Of a DNA stretch of 64,000 bases, positions 1-9,376 are shown one piece after another (position 1 is the stretch's first letter; the number at the start of each line of letters is the position of its first letter). The notes under the pieces are model-generated. The model was not told the DNA's origin. It searched no databases and was given only the letters and a program-made list of their open reading frames with translations. Made by a program: the position numbers and the translations under genes. The DNA is taken from the NCBI GenBank assembly GCA_051252135.1, contig JBPOGH010000002.1, positions 160,001-224,000 on the forward strand. Direction: 5' to 3'. The DNA comes from Verrucomicrobiaceae bacterium. Lineage in GTDB: Bacteria > Verrucomicrobiota > Verrucomicrobiia > Verrucomicrobiales > Akkermansiaceae.

Positions 1-921
1 TTGGGGATCAAAGGCGAGTCAAAGTATGCCGATGTGATGGAGTTGGTGCTGCATAACAGCAGCCTTTCCGGGATCAGCTTGTGCGGTAAGAAATATTACT
101 ACGCGAACCCGCTGCGCAAGATCGCGGGGGCGCGGGATTATTCGACGATGAACACGGAGTCACCGGATCGTGAGCCGTATCTGTATTGTTTTTGTTGTCC
201 TCCGAACATCGTGCGGACGGTGGCGAAGGTTTCCGGGTGGGCATACAGCCTTTCGGAGAAGGGGGTTTCGGTGAATCTCTATGGTGCGAATGAGCTGACG
301 ACGACCCTGCAAGACGGGAGTTTGCTGAAGCTGAGCCAGAGGACGACCTATCCCTCGGATGGGGCGGTGGAGATTACGATCGGGGAGTGCAAAGAGGCGG
401 CCTTTGATCTTTCGCTTCGGATTCCGGAGTGGGCGAAGGGGAGTTCGTTGAAAGTGAATGGCGAAGATGCAGGAGTGGAAGTGACGCCGGGTCGGTTTGC
501 GAAGATCGAGCGGGAGTGGAAGTCGGGTGATACTGTTTCACTCGACATGCCGATGCCGATTACCTTTGTGGAAGGGCACCCCCGGATCGAGGAAGTGCGG
601 AACCAGGTTGCGGTGAAACGCGGGCCGGTTGTCTATTGCATGGAAGGGCCGGATTTGCCGAAGGATGCGAGTATTTTGGACGTCTATCTTGATGGCGATG
701 CGGCGCTCACGGTCGAGGAGAAATCGGACTTCGACTTCGGTCTCCCTGTGATTGGGGCCGAGCTGAAACTTCGGGAGGATCACGGTGACGGGATGTATCG
801 CCAGCTTACGAAGCCGACGTGGAAATCCTACAAGTCGCAGTTCATTCCCTACTACGCGTGGAGTAATCGTGGTGATAGCGAGATGACCGTCTTCATGCCG
901 GTTCTTTGGGGAAACCAGTAA
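1..921 (+). CDS. Glycoside hydrolase family 127 (beta-L-arabinofuranosidase-like), C-terminal part; 5' end lies outside the window
   Basis: YYYANPL, CFCCPPN Cys motif, LRIPEWA, RGPVVYC and IPYYAWSNRG are typical of GH127. Confidence 0.85.
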   Translation: MGIKGESKYADVMELVLHNSSLSGISLCGKKYYYANPLRKIAGARDYSTMNTESPDREPYLYCFCCPPNIVRTVAKVSGWAYSLSEKGVSVNLYGANELTTTLQDGSLLKLSQRTTYPSDGAVEITIGECKEAAFDLSLRIPEWAKGSSLKVNGEDAGVEVTPGRFAKIEREWKSGDTVSLDMPMPITFVEGHPRIEEVRNQVAVKRGPVVYCMEGPDLPKDASILDVYLDGDAALTVEEKSDFDFGLPVIGAELKLREDHGDGMYRQLTKPTWKSYKSQFIPYYAWSNRGDSEMTVFMPVLWGNQ

Positions 922-939
922 CCTTAAACACAACAACGA

Positions 940-2685
940 ATGATGAAAATTTACGAAACGAGCCGAGTTGTCTCATTGGCCACGGTGCTGGTGACGGGAT
1001 CCTCCCTTGCTGATCCGCTGCCCCTTTCCGATCCCGAAAACGAGGGGGGATGGGTGTTGAACACCGAGATGAGTGATGAATTCAATGCCGATAAGGTGGA
1101 TCGGGAGAAGTGGTTTATCGAAGGCGAGAACGGAGGAGATTATTACATTTGGAAAGGTCGTCCGCCATCACAGTTTGCGGAGCACAATGTTTTCCAGGAA
1201 GAGGGGATGTTAAAGATTCGGAGCCAGTGGGAGCCGGACTTTCAGTTCGCCCAGGAGAGCTATGCCGATGGTGCCCAGAATGATTCCTACGGGGTATGGG
1301 AAGGGAAGCCAATGCCGGTGACGACGGGCGGGATTATCAGCAAGGAGCGTTTTCTTTATGGCTATATGGAAGTGCGCACCAAGGCGGGCAACGCAGCGAT
1401 GACGAGTTCGTTTTGGGCGATTGGTTACGAATCCGAGCTCGATATTTACGAGCAGATCGGGAATCCGAAGAACAAGAAGAATGACATCCATGAGGATATG
1501 TGGAAGTCATCGATCCACGATTGGTCGCCTCCCGCGAAGCGCCCGACGCGCCGCTTCGGGCACAAGCAGAAGCTTCCGTTCCGGGTGGCTGATGAGTTCC
1601 ATGTTTATGCGGCGGAGTGGGGTGAGGACTACTTGAAGTTCTATCTCGATGGCAAGGTGGTCTACGAGACGACCCGCAAGGAGCAGGGGAAGAATTGGGT
1701 GTTGAACAACCCGTTGGAGATCTGGTTTGACTCCGAGATTTTCACTTGGCTGGGCTTGCCTCACAAAGAGGAATTACCGGTGGATTACGAGATCGATTAC
1801 CTCCGTGTCTGGCAGAAGCCGAGCAAGAATCTGTTGGCTCCGCAGCTCTTTGGATTTGAGGGGCCGATTCTTTTTACCGAGAACAAGATCCCACTCGAGC
1901 TTGTTCCCGAGAGCAGCGAGATCAACGAGTATCAGAAATTCTGGGAGATTGGCGAGCATGCCTGGGGGAACTTTGAGATGGGCAAAGAGCGTTCGACGAA
2001 GGGGATTAAGAGTTTGAAATTCACCCCGAAAGGGATGTTGGCGAACCTATCGATTGTGAGTCCGGCGAAGTCGGTGGCGATTCCGGCGGGAGAATTTACG
2101 TATCACATGGACGTATTTCTCGAGCCGGATTGCGGGGTTCAGTATTTGAATGTGAGCCTGGCTGATCCGGAAGTGAAGTTAACGCCGATCGATCTGACCA
2201 AGCTGGAGAAGGGCAAGTGGACAACGGTGCAGGCGACCTTTAAGAGAGATCAACCTTCTGGTGATTTTGATCGGGTGCGGCTTCGGATTGAGAAGAAGGG
2301 CGTGGCTGACGGAAAGGAAGGGGCGCTGTTCATCGATAACATCAACATTGTGTCCGGGAAGGTGGAGGCTCCGCAGGTTGATCAGGATGCCGTTTTTGCG
2401 ACCGGGTTGGCGGGGATTCCCTCCTGGGCGCATGCCGAGATCAACAAAGTGGAAGCGATTGTTTCGGCGCTGAGCGATGAGCACCGGGAAGAGATTTTCG
2501 ATGCGATTGCGGAACGGGTCAAAGGGGTTGCGGAGGTCGCAAGCATGAAGGACGGCGGTGCTTCGGCTGAGAAAGTGAAGGCGAAGAACTTTGAAGTCTG
2601 GAGCGGGTTCGTGAACCGGATGAGGGAGATTTTGGGTGAGGAGCAGTTTGAGAAGTACGACGCAGATCGCCGGAAAGGGCAGTAG
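940..2685 (+). CDS. Secreted GH16 glycoside hydrolase (porphyranase/agarase-like) with CBM-like domain and helical tail
   Basis: Signal peptide, SDEFN, YGYMEVR, catalytic ELDIYE, FHVYAAEW, YEIDYLRVWQ. Confidence 0.8.
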   Translation: MMKIYETSRVVSLATVLVTGSSLADPLPLSDPENEGGWVLNTEMSDEFNADKVDREKWFIEGENGGDYYIWKGRPPSQFAEHNVFQEEGMLKIRSQWEPDFQFAQESYADGAQNDSYGVWEGKPMPVTTGGIISKERFLYGYMEVRTKAGNAAMTSSFWAIGYESELDIYEQIGNPKNKKNDIHEDMWKSSIHDWSPPAKRPTRRFGHKQKLPFRVADEFHVYAAEWGEDYLKFYLDGKVVYETTRKEQGKNWVLNNPLEIWFDSEIFTWLGLPHKEELPVDYEIDYLRVWQKPSKNLLAPQLFGFEGPILFTENKIPLELVPESSEINEYQKFWEIGEHAWGNFEMGKERSTKGIKSLKFTPKGMLANLSIVSPAKSVAIPAGEFTYHMDVFLEPDCGVQYLNVSLADPEVKLTPIDLTKLEKGKWTTVQATFKRDQPSGDFDRVRLRIEKKGVADGKEGALFIDNINIVSGKVEAPQVDQDAVFATGLAGIPSWAHAEINKVEAIVSALSDEHREEIFDAIAERVKGVAEVASMKDGGASAEKVKAKNFEVWSGFVNRMREILGEEQFEKYDADRRKGQ

Positions 2686-2724
2686 AATTCCAGGATCGCT
2701 TGCGATAGCGATCACCGTAAAAAG

Positions 2725-4344
2725 ATGAACAGATTTGGGCTCACGATATTAAGCTTGGTTTTTTCGGCGCCGCTCTTTGGGAAGAAGCCCAATGTCTTGT
2801 TCATTGCGATCGATGACTTGCGTCCGGAGTTGGGTTGTTATGGGTCGGAGATCGCGGTTACGCCGAATCTCGATCGGCTGGCGGGGGATGGGTTGCTTTT
2901 TAACCGGGCTTATTGCCAGGAGGCGATTTGTGCGCCGTCGCGGGCGAGTCTGATGACCGGCGCGCGGCCGGATACGATCAAGGTGGTGGAGAATTGGACG
3001 ATGTTTCGGGATGAGAATCCGGACATTGTGACGCTCTCGCAGCACTTTGCGGCGAATGGATACGAGGCGGTGCAGTGCGGGAAGATCTACCACAATGACG
3101 CGCACTCGGATGCGGAGTTTTCGTGGAACCGGAAGCCGTCGTATGACCGATTGGATTTGCCTGCGCCCACGGCATCCTATGCCTTGCCGGAGAACAGGAA
3201 GATTTGGGAAGAGAACAACAGGCGGCTTGAGGCCAAGTATGGGAAAGGCATTGCGAGTACGGGGTTGGTGCAGGGGCCGGCGTATGAGTGTGCGGATGTG
3301 CCGGACCAGGCTTATCGTGATGGCTACAATGCCGATCTGGCGGTGGCGACGATGAAGGAGATTGCGGAGGAGGGGAAACCGTTCTTCATGGGGCTTGGTT
3401 TTTATAAGCCGCACTTGGATTTTATTGCGCCGAAGAAGTACTGGGATCTTTACGATCCTAAGGACATTCCGCTGGTGACGGGTGGGCGGGCACCTGAAAA
3501 TGGGGCGGCGATGGGATTGCATGCTTCTTTTGAACTGCGGGTGCGTGACGGGATTCCCAAGAGTGGGCCGATTGAGGGGGAGTTGGCGCGGACGCTGAAG
3601 CATGGCTACCTGGCCTGTGTCAGTTATATTGACGCGCAGATCGGGCGGACGCTGGAGGAGCTGGAGAAGGCGGGATTGAGGGAGAATACGATCGTGATTG
3701 TGTGGGGAGACCATGGTTGGCATCTTGGAGACATGGGTGTGTGGGGGAAGGCGACGAACTATGAGATCGCGACGCGGGTGCCGCTGATGATTTGGACGCC
3801 TGACATGCCGAAGGGGAGTCGTGGGGTGAAGACCGATGCGTTGGTGGAATTGGTCGACATGTATCCCACGCTTTGTGAGTTGGCGGGGCTATCGCAGCCC
3901 GGGCATTTGGAAGGTACGAGCTTTGCGCCTCTTTTGAAGAACCCGAGGCAAGCATGGGAGAGGGCGGCGTTTAGCCAGTTTCCGAATCCGGCACTTCGTG
4001 AATGGGCGGCCAATCCGCTTCAAGCGAGCATGCGGGAGACGTTTTTTGGTCCGCTGATTGAGGAGGTGGAAGAGCGAATCATCGCGCAGCAGGGGAGGAA
4101 GTGGGATCGTGATTTGTTTGAGAATCATCTGATGGGTTACACCATGCGGACGGAGCGGTATCGGCTGGTGGTATGGAAAGATGTCAGGAATCCGGAGGCC
4201 AAGCCGATTGAGGTGGAGCTTTACGATCATGAGACTGATCCGAACGAGACCGTGAATGTGGCGGGCTCCCGTCCGGATTTGGTCGTGGAGTTGCTCGCCC
4301 AGTTCGACCAGGGCTGGCAGGGGAATGGTCCGCCAAGAAAATGA
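2725..4344 (+). CDS. Sulfatase (S1 family, iduronate-2-sulfatase-like)
   Basis: PNVLFIAIDDLRPELGCYG, formylglycine motif CAPSRASLMTG, GFYKPH, WGDHGWHLG. Confidence 0.9.
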   Translation: MNRFGLTILSLVFSAPLFGKKPNVLFIAIDDLRPELGCYGSEIAVTPNLDRLAGDGLLFNRAYCQEAICAPSRASLMTGARPDTIKVVENWTMFRDENPDIVTLSQHFAANGYEAVQCGKIYHNDAHSDAEFSWNRKPSYDRLDLPAPTASYALPENRKIWEENNRRLEAKYGKGIASTGLVQGPAYECADVPDQAYRDGYNADLAVATMKEIAEEGKPFFMGLGFYKPHLDFIAPKKYWDLYDPKDIPLVTGGRAPENGAAMGLHASFELRVRDGIPKSGPIEGELARTLKHGYLACVSYIDAQIGRTLEELEKAGLRENTIVIVWGDHGWHLGDMGVWGKATNYEIATRVPLMIWTPDMPKGSRGVKTDALVELVDMYPTLCELAGLSQPGHLEGTSFAPLLKNPRQAWERAAFSQFPNPALREWAANPLQASMRETFFGPLIEEVEERIIAQQGRKWDRDLFENHLMGYTMRTERYRLVVWKDVRNPEAKPIEVELYDHETDPNETVNVAGSRPDLVVELLAQFDQGWQGNGPPRK

Positions 4345-4558
4345 AGTTTTTGCTCCTTCTGTCATCCCGTGGAGGATCCGGGGAGGGGGACCGATGGAGC
4401 TGAGGAATGATGCTGTGAGAAGCGGACGCGGGTGACTCTATTGGATCCTGACGGGTGGCCAAGAGGGCGCGGGACGTTCGGGGATGTGCTTGGATATTGA
4501 CATTTTGAGTGAGAGTTGCGATCGAGGGGCAACTCCCCACCAATCTACCTGCTTATTC

Positions 4559-4933
4559 ATGTCTACACCACTGGATCAACTTTCCCGCCGCGAGAGAGAA
4601 TTTTACCAAATCCTCTGTTCGTTGGATGAAGCGACAGCGATTGAAATACAGCAAAAGCTTCCGGACGGGACCAAGAATTCCGCGACCCGGAAGATTCTGA
4701 CGGCCTTATTGAAAAAGGGAGTGATCACGCGAAGGAAAGAGGGCCGGCAGTATATTTACGCACCAGAGCAGGTGGGGGAAGAAGTCGGCAAGTCAGCGCT
4801 CAATCAGGTGCTGGATACCTTTTTCAATGGCTCACTTGCTCACGGCCTGTTGGGGATGGTGGATCTCGGGAGGGACCGCTTCACCAAGGAGGAGCTCGAG
4901 CAGATTCGTAAGATTGTGAAGGATAAATCCTAA
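4559..4933 (+). CDS. BlaI/MecI/CopY family transcriptional repressor
   Basis: LSRRERE...GRQYIYAP...VLDTFFNGS...EELEQIRKIV winged-helix pattern; directly upstream of an M56 peptidase; start moved to ATG 4559. Confidence 0.85.
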   Translation: MSTPLDQLSRREREFYQILCSLDEATAIEIQQKLPDGTKNSATRKILTALLKKGVITRRKEGRQYIYAPEQVGEEVGKSALNQVLDTFFNGSLAHGLLGMVDLGRDRFTKEELEQIRKIVKDKS

Positions 4934-4950
4934 AGAGAGTATCGGAATCA

Positions 4951-6756
4951 ATGCTGGAATTATTTGAGTGGTTAATCGCGTATTCCGCCAGGGCTTCCCT
5001 GCTTTGCGTGGCCACTTTGCTTATTTTGGCATCACTCAAACGGTCCTCTGCGGCGGTGCGATCAGGGGTGATTTTTGCAGGAACGCTGGGTGCCATTGTC
5101 CTGCCGGTGACGGTGGGAATTCTGCCTCCGATTTCGCTCCCGAGTTTAATCTCCCGGCCAAGTGTTGAAAGCATTCCGCTGGAGAATGTTTCGAATGCCG
5201 GTGAGGATCGTGCGGCGTTGATCGGTCATGAGGTGGCCCCGGAGGTTTTGCACCATGCCGATAACGACAAGTCTCCGGTAGCCGACGTTTCGGGCAGTCC
5301 GTGGTGGGTGTCTTTTCTGGTTTGGCTTTGGGTCTCCGGTGGATTGGTGTTTCTGACAATATTGGCACTGCGAATTCGATCCGTGCTGCGACTGCGATCG
5401 CGCTCGCAACGGCTTCCCGTGGGACATCAACTGACTCTTGAAGCCAATACGGCCTCGGCCCGGATGGGTTGTGGTCGTGAGCTGGATGTGCGGATTTCGG
5501 CAATGGTGAAAGTGCCCTCGGCGATTGGACTTGGTTTGAACACGATCATTCTTCCGGTCGAATTTGAGAGGATGGGAGCCTCTTCGCGGTGGGCGGTGTT
5601 GATTCACGAGTGTGCCCATTTGCGGCGACGTGACTCCCTGGTGCAGATGATGATTCTCTTCTGCCGGTGTATTCATTGGTTCAATCCTTTGTTTTTGGCC
5701 CTGGATCGTGCATTCAATGCGGAAGCCGAAAAGGCATGTGACGATCAGGTGATTGGTTCCGGCATTTCACCGGAGGCGTACAGTGAGGCCATTCTGGGTT
5801 ACTTTCAGGCTGCTTCGGCAGACACTTCCGGGGCGATTTGGAATAGTGCGGCGTCCGGATTTTATCCGTGCCCCCAATTGGACCGGCAATTGCGGGGGCG
5901 AAAGAAAATGATGTTGAACCGGATTCGGCGGATGGTGGATCCTGCTGCCCGCCGGACGCGGCTGGGGGCTTTGCTGGGTTGGTCTTTGGTTGGGGTTTCT
6001 TCAGTTGGCGCGTCTGTTCTGGGAGCTCTCGTTTTTGTCCCGACCTATGAGTGGCGGTATCAGTTGGCGGAGCGAGAATTGCCATTTGCAGATCAGTTGG
6101 TGGCATGCTGGCGGATGGATGAGATCAGAGATCAACAGACCCCTGATGCGGGACCGGGGATTTATTCCGGAAGGGTTGAGGGCGGAACTTTGGATGACCA
6201 GGGCAAGCTGGATCGCGCGGTTTATCTTGATGGAGACGACTTTGTCGACATGGGAGACCGTTTTAGCGGTCTGGATTATCCCATCACGCTATCGGCGTGG
6301 GTGAGGGCGGATGATACGGGTGACCGAGTGCTATCGAGCCAGAATATCGTCTGGTTGGGGGGGGGAGGCCCGGGACATTACATTTACATTGGTTTGAATC
6401 GGGGGCGGCCATCGATCAAATCGCGTTTCAGGGACGTCTCGGTGTTGACCGGAAAGAATTCGATCGCCGATGGGCAGTGGCATCATCTGACGGGAGTCTT
6501 TTTATCGGAGAGTCATCGACTGCTTTACTTGGATGGGGATTTGATTGGAGAGGACACCCGCTATGCCCGGAAGCCGCCGACTTTCCGGATTCAGGTCGGG
6601 CGCAATGGACGGAAGAGTTACGAGACCTCTTATGTTGAAGGGGCAGTTGATGATGTGCGGGTTTATCAGGCCGCTTTGGATCAGGCTGCGGTGCGGGAAA
6701 TAATGAAGGGAGATTTCTCTCTGGTGGCGGCCCGACATCTTGTCGGACAGAAGTAG
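4951..6756 (+). CDS. BlaR1-like M56 metallopeptidase signal transducer with C-terminal LamG/ConA-like domain
   Basis: TM helices, HECAHLRRRD zinc motif, HWFNP, EKACDD; C-terminal TLSAWV...DGQWHHLTGV...LYLDG...GAVDDVRVY. Confidence 0.85.
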   Translation: MLELFEWLIAYSARASLLCVATLLILASLKRSSAAVRSGVIFAGTLGAIVLPVTVGILPPISLPSLISRPSVESIPLENVSNAGEDRAALIGHEVAPEVLHHADNDKSPVADVSGSPWWVSFLVWLWVSGGLVFLTILALRIRSVLRLRSRSQRLPVGHQLTLEANTASARMGCGRELDVRISAMVKVPSAIGLGLNTIILPVEFERMGASSRWAVLIHECAHLRRRDSLVQMMILFCRCIHWFNPLFLALDRAFNAEAEKACDDQVIGSGISPEAYSEAILGYFQAASADTSGAIWNSAASGFYPCPQLDRQLRGRKKMMLNRIRRMVDPAARRTRLGALLGWSLVGVSSVGASVLGALVFVPTYEWRYQLAERELPFADQLVACWRMDEIRDQQTPDAGPGIYSGRVEGGTLDDQGKLDRAVYLDGDDFVDMGDRFSGLDYPITLSAWVRADDTGDRVLSSQNIVWLGGGGPGHYIYIGLNRGRPSIKSRFRDVSVLTGKNSIADGQWHHLTGVFLSESHRLLYLDGDLIGEDTRYARKPPTFRIQVGRNGRKSYETSYVEGAVDDVRVYQAALDQAAVREIMKGDFSLVAARHLVGQK

Positions 6757-6913
6757 GAAGATGTTCCTTATGGTGCGTTAGAATCTTGACCTTGGGTTAG
6801 ATTGTGAGAGATCTGCACCAATGGATGGAAGTTTAGCAATGCAGGGTGGTGTGAAGCCGCCACCTGCCAGCTGCTCCTGAAAACTGATATTTTTTCCCAA
6901 CAGCTACCATTTT

Positions 6914-9352
6914 ATGAAACGAAACTCTTGTGCATTTGCGCTCATTTTAGCCTGCAATTCATTGGTCATCGCAGCTCCGACGGTTCACTGGAAGCTCGAT
7001 GAAGGGACGGGCACGGTGGCTTCCGATTCATCCGGCAATGCGATTGATGGTACGTGGGCAGGGACTGTGGGGTCTCCGGGATGGACGCCGACCGAGGGAA
7101 TCGATGGTGGTTCGTTGATGCTCACAGGAGAGAATGCGGACACGTTTATCAATGATGCGTTTAGTGCGGTTACGGTTACGCCATTTACGCTGTCAACTTG
7201 GGTGAAAACGACCACCACGGCCAAGAAGGGGATTGTTTATCTTGGTGATGGGACGACGGGGAATCAATACTATTTGATCAATATCCAGGGTGGCACGGCG
7301 CGTACGACGGCGCGGAATGGAACGGAGCGGGCGGTGGCGGGGGCGGTGATCAATGATGGGGAGTGGCACAATGTGGTCAGTGTGTATGCGAGCCCAACCG
7401 AGCGGCATATTTATGTCGACGGGGTTTGGGGGGGGACGCAAACGGTGGAAGTGCTGGAATTTGCGTTGAATCGATTTGGGATCGGTGGATTGACGCGCAA
7501 TACGCCTCATGCGCCGGTGGACCTGCTGGCTGGGCAGATTGATGATGTGGCGCTTTGGGATCGTGCCTTTTCAGCGGCGGATGCGGCTGCGCTGAATGCA
7601 CTGGGGGCACTTGGAGCGGGGAATGCGGCGGATGTGGAGCTTTTGGTGGATGCCTTTACGGGACAAACAACGACGACCATCCGGGGGATTGATTGGGAAT
7701 ATGCGACGGGTTTGACGGGTTCGTTGGGAGCAAGTGGTGGCAGTCTGGGTTCGCGGACAGGCTTTGTGGTGATGGATGACCTGGGGAATGGGATGAAGAT
7801 GAGTACGATTCCCGGCAATCCGGTGGTGACGAGTTTTACGGTGACTCCGGAAGTCATTTTCCTGGGAGAGACCGTGACCTTTGGGTGGGATGTCGATAAT
7901 GCCACGAGCGTGAATATTGATCAGGGGGTGGGCGCGGTCGCGAATCCTTCCGGCACCCTTGAGTTCTCGCCGACGGAAACGGCGACCTTCACCCTGACTG
8001 CGACGAATGGGAACGGTTCTTCTTTCGGGGAGGTGAATGTGACGGTTATTCCCGAGCCGGTCATCGATCGTTTTGAGGCCACTCCTACGGCGATTTTTGT
8101 AGGGGAACCGGTGGAGCTGGCGTGGGACGTCCAGAATTTCAATACGCTTGAAATCGACCAAGAGGTGGGCGTTGTGAGCGGTCCCGGGGGAACGGTGACG
8201 GTGTCTCCCACGGAGACGACGACCTACACCTTCACGGCGACGAACGATACGACCAGTTCGACGGCGGAAGTCACCATCAGGGTTTTCCCCACTCCGCCGC
8301 CAAGAGAGCTTCTGCTGCACTGGCCACTGGATGAGGGTGAGGGGACGACGACCGCAGATCTTGCGGGAACGAATCCGGGCGTCTTTTTGGAAACCGGGGG
8401 CTCTCCGGTTTGGTCGGAAGGGTTTTTGGGCGGAGGTGCGTTGACCTTCCAGAACCAGAACGATGTGTCGGTGCGTGCGGTGGCGACATTGGTGGAGGGT
8501 TATCCTTTCTCAATGGCGGGATGGGTGAAGACCACGGCGTCAGCCAATGACACCTGGGCTGTTCTGGGCACGGGTCAAAATGGAAACTATTACTCGATGA
8601 GGGTGAACAATGGAGCGGCCCGGATTATGACCCGGAACGGGGGATTTTTTGAGCAAGGCGGCCCCGGGATCAATGATGACGCGTGGCACTCGATGGTGGC
8701 GGTGTATGCCCATCCGGCATCGATGAGCCTTTATGTCGACGGGGTATTTGTTGGAACGAGGACATCCGACAGCGGTGACTTTGTGACGCCGGATCGTTTC
8801 GCGATCGGTGCTCTTGACCGGACTGATGCGAGTGTGGTGGATGCCTTTGACGGCAGTGTGGATGATGTGAGCTTTTGGCGTGGGCTTTTGAGCGACCGGG
8901 ACGTGGCGGCTCTGCACGGTGGTGCGAGCGGACTTGGGCTGAATGCGAGCGATATGGCGGCAATTCTGACCGGGTTTGAAAATCAGGAAACGGTCAATGC
9001 GGCGGGATTGAATTGGGGTCCGGCGGCGGGATTGGTCGGAGTGGTGGGAGAGACGAATGGAACGCTGACGGATACGCCGTCGATCGTTCTGGATGATTCC
9101 GGAAACGGGATGGTGGGCTCGAGCACAAGTGGAATTCTGATCACCGACATCACGCGCAATGCGACCGGGACGACCTTGACCTGGAACAGTGTTCCCGGGG
9201 CCACGTACATTGTTCAGTTCAGCACGGACCTGATTGATTGGGGTGATGAGGTGGATGATGGGGTGAGTTCGGGTGGCGCGACGACGACCTTTACGGATAG
9301 CGATCCCCAGAGACTCTCTCTGCCAGTTGGTTTCTATCGCGTGGTGCGTTAA
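6914..9352 (+). CDS. Secreted protein with two LamG-like jellyroll domains and two PKD/Ig-like repeats
   Basis: Signal peptide; HWKLDEG/HWPLDEG...WH...YVDG...DDVALW twice; FTVTPEVIFLGETVTFGW and FEATPTAIFVGEPVELAW repeats. Confidence 0.8.
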   Translation: MKRNSCAFALILACNSLVIAAPTVHWKLDEGTGTVASDSSGNAIDGTWAGTVGSPGWTPTEGIDGGSLMLTGENADTFINDAFSAVTVTPFTLSTWVKTTTTAKKGIVYLGDGTTGNQYYLINIQGGTARTTARNGTERAVAGAVINDGEWHNVVSVYASPTERHIYVDGVWGGTQTVEVLEFALNRFGIGGLTRNTPHAPVDLLAGQIDDVALWDRAFSAADAAALNALGALGAGNAADVELLVDAFTGQTTTTIRGIDWEYATGLTGSLGASGGSLGSRTGFVVMDDLGNGMKMSTIPGNPVVTSFTVTPEVIFLGETVTFGWDVDNATSVNIDQGVGAVANPSGTLEFSPTETATFTLTATNGNGSSFGEVNVTVIPEPVIDRFEATPTAIFVGEPVELAWDVQNFNTLEIDQEVGVVSGPGGTVTVSPTETTTYTFTATNDTTSSTAEVTIRVFPTPPPRELLLHWPLDEGEGTTTADLAGTNPGVFLETGGSPVWSEGFLGGGALTFQNQNDVSVRAVATLVEGYPFSMAGWVKTTASANDTWAVLGTGQNGNYYSMRVNNGAARIMTRNGGFFEQGGPGINDDAWHSMVAVYAHPASMSLYVDGVFVGTRTSDSGDFVTPDRFAIGALDRTDASVVDAFDGSVDDVSFWRGLLSDRDVAALHGGASGLGLNASDMAAILTGFENQETVNAAGLNWGPAAGLVGVVGETNGTLTDTPSIVLDDSGNGMVGSSTSGILITDITRNATGTTLTWNSVPGATYIVQFSTDLIDWGDEVDDGVSSGGATTTFTDSDPQRLSLPVGFYRVVR

Positions 9353-9376
9353 GTTGGCCGGATTCCCCCAATTGAC

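Noticed and set aside
4345..4558. Possible BlaI operator or riboswitch upstream of the BlaI-like gene
   Set aside because: No TACA-N2-TGTA palindrome or recognisable riboswitch consensus found; only weak GC hairpins.
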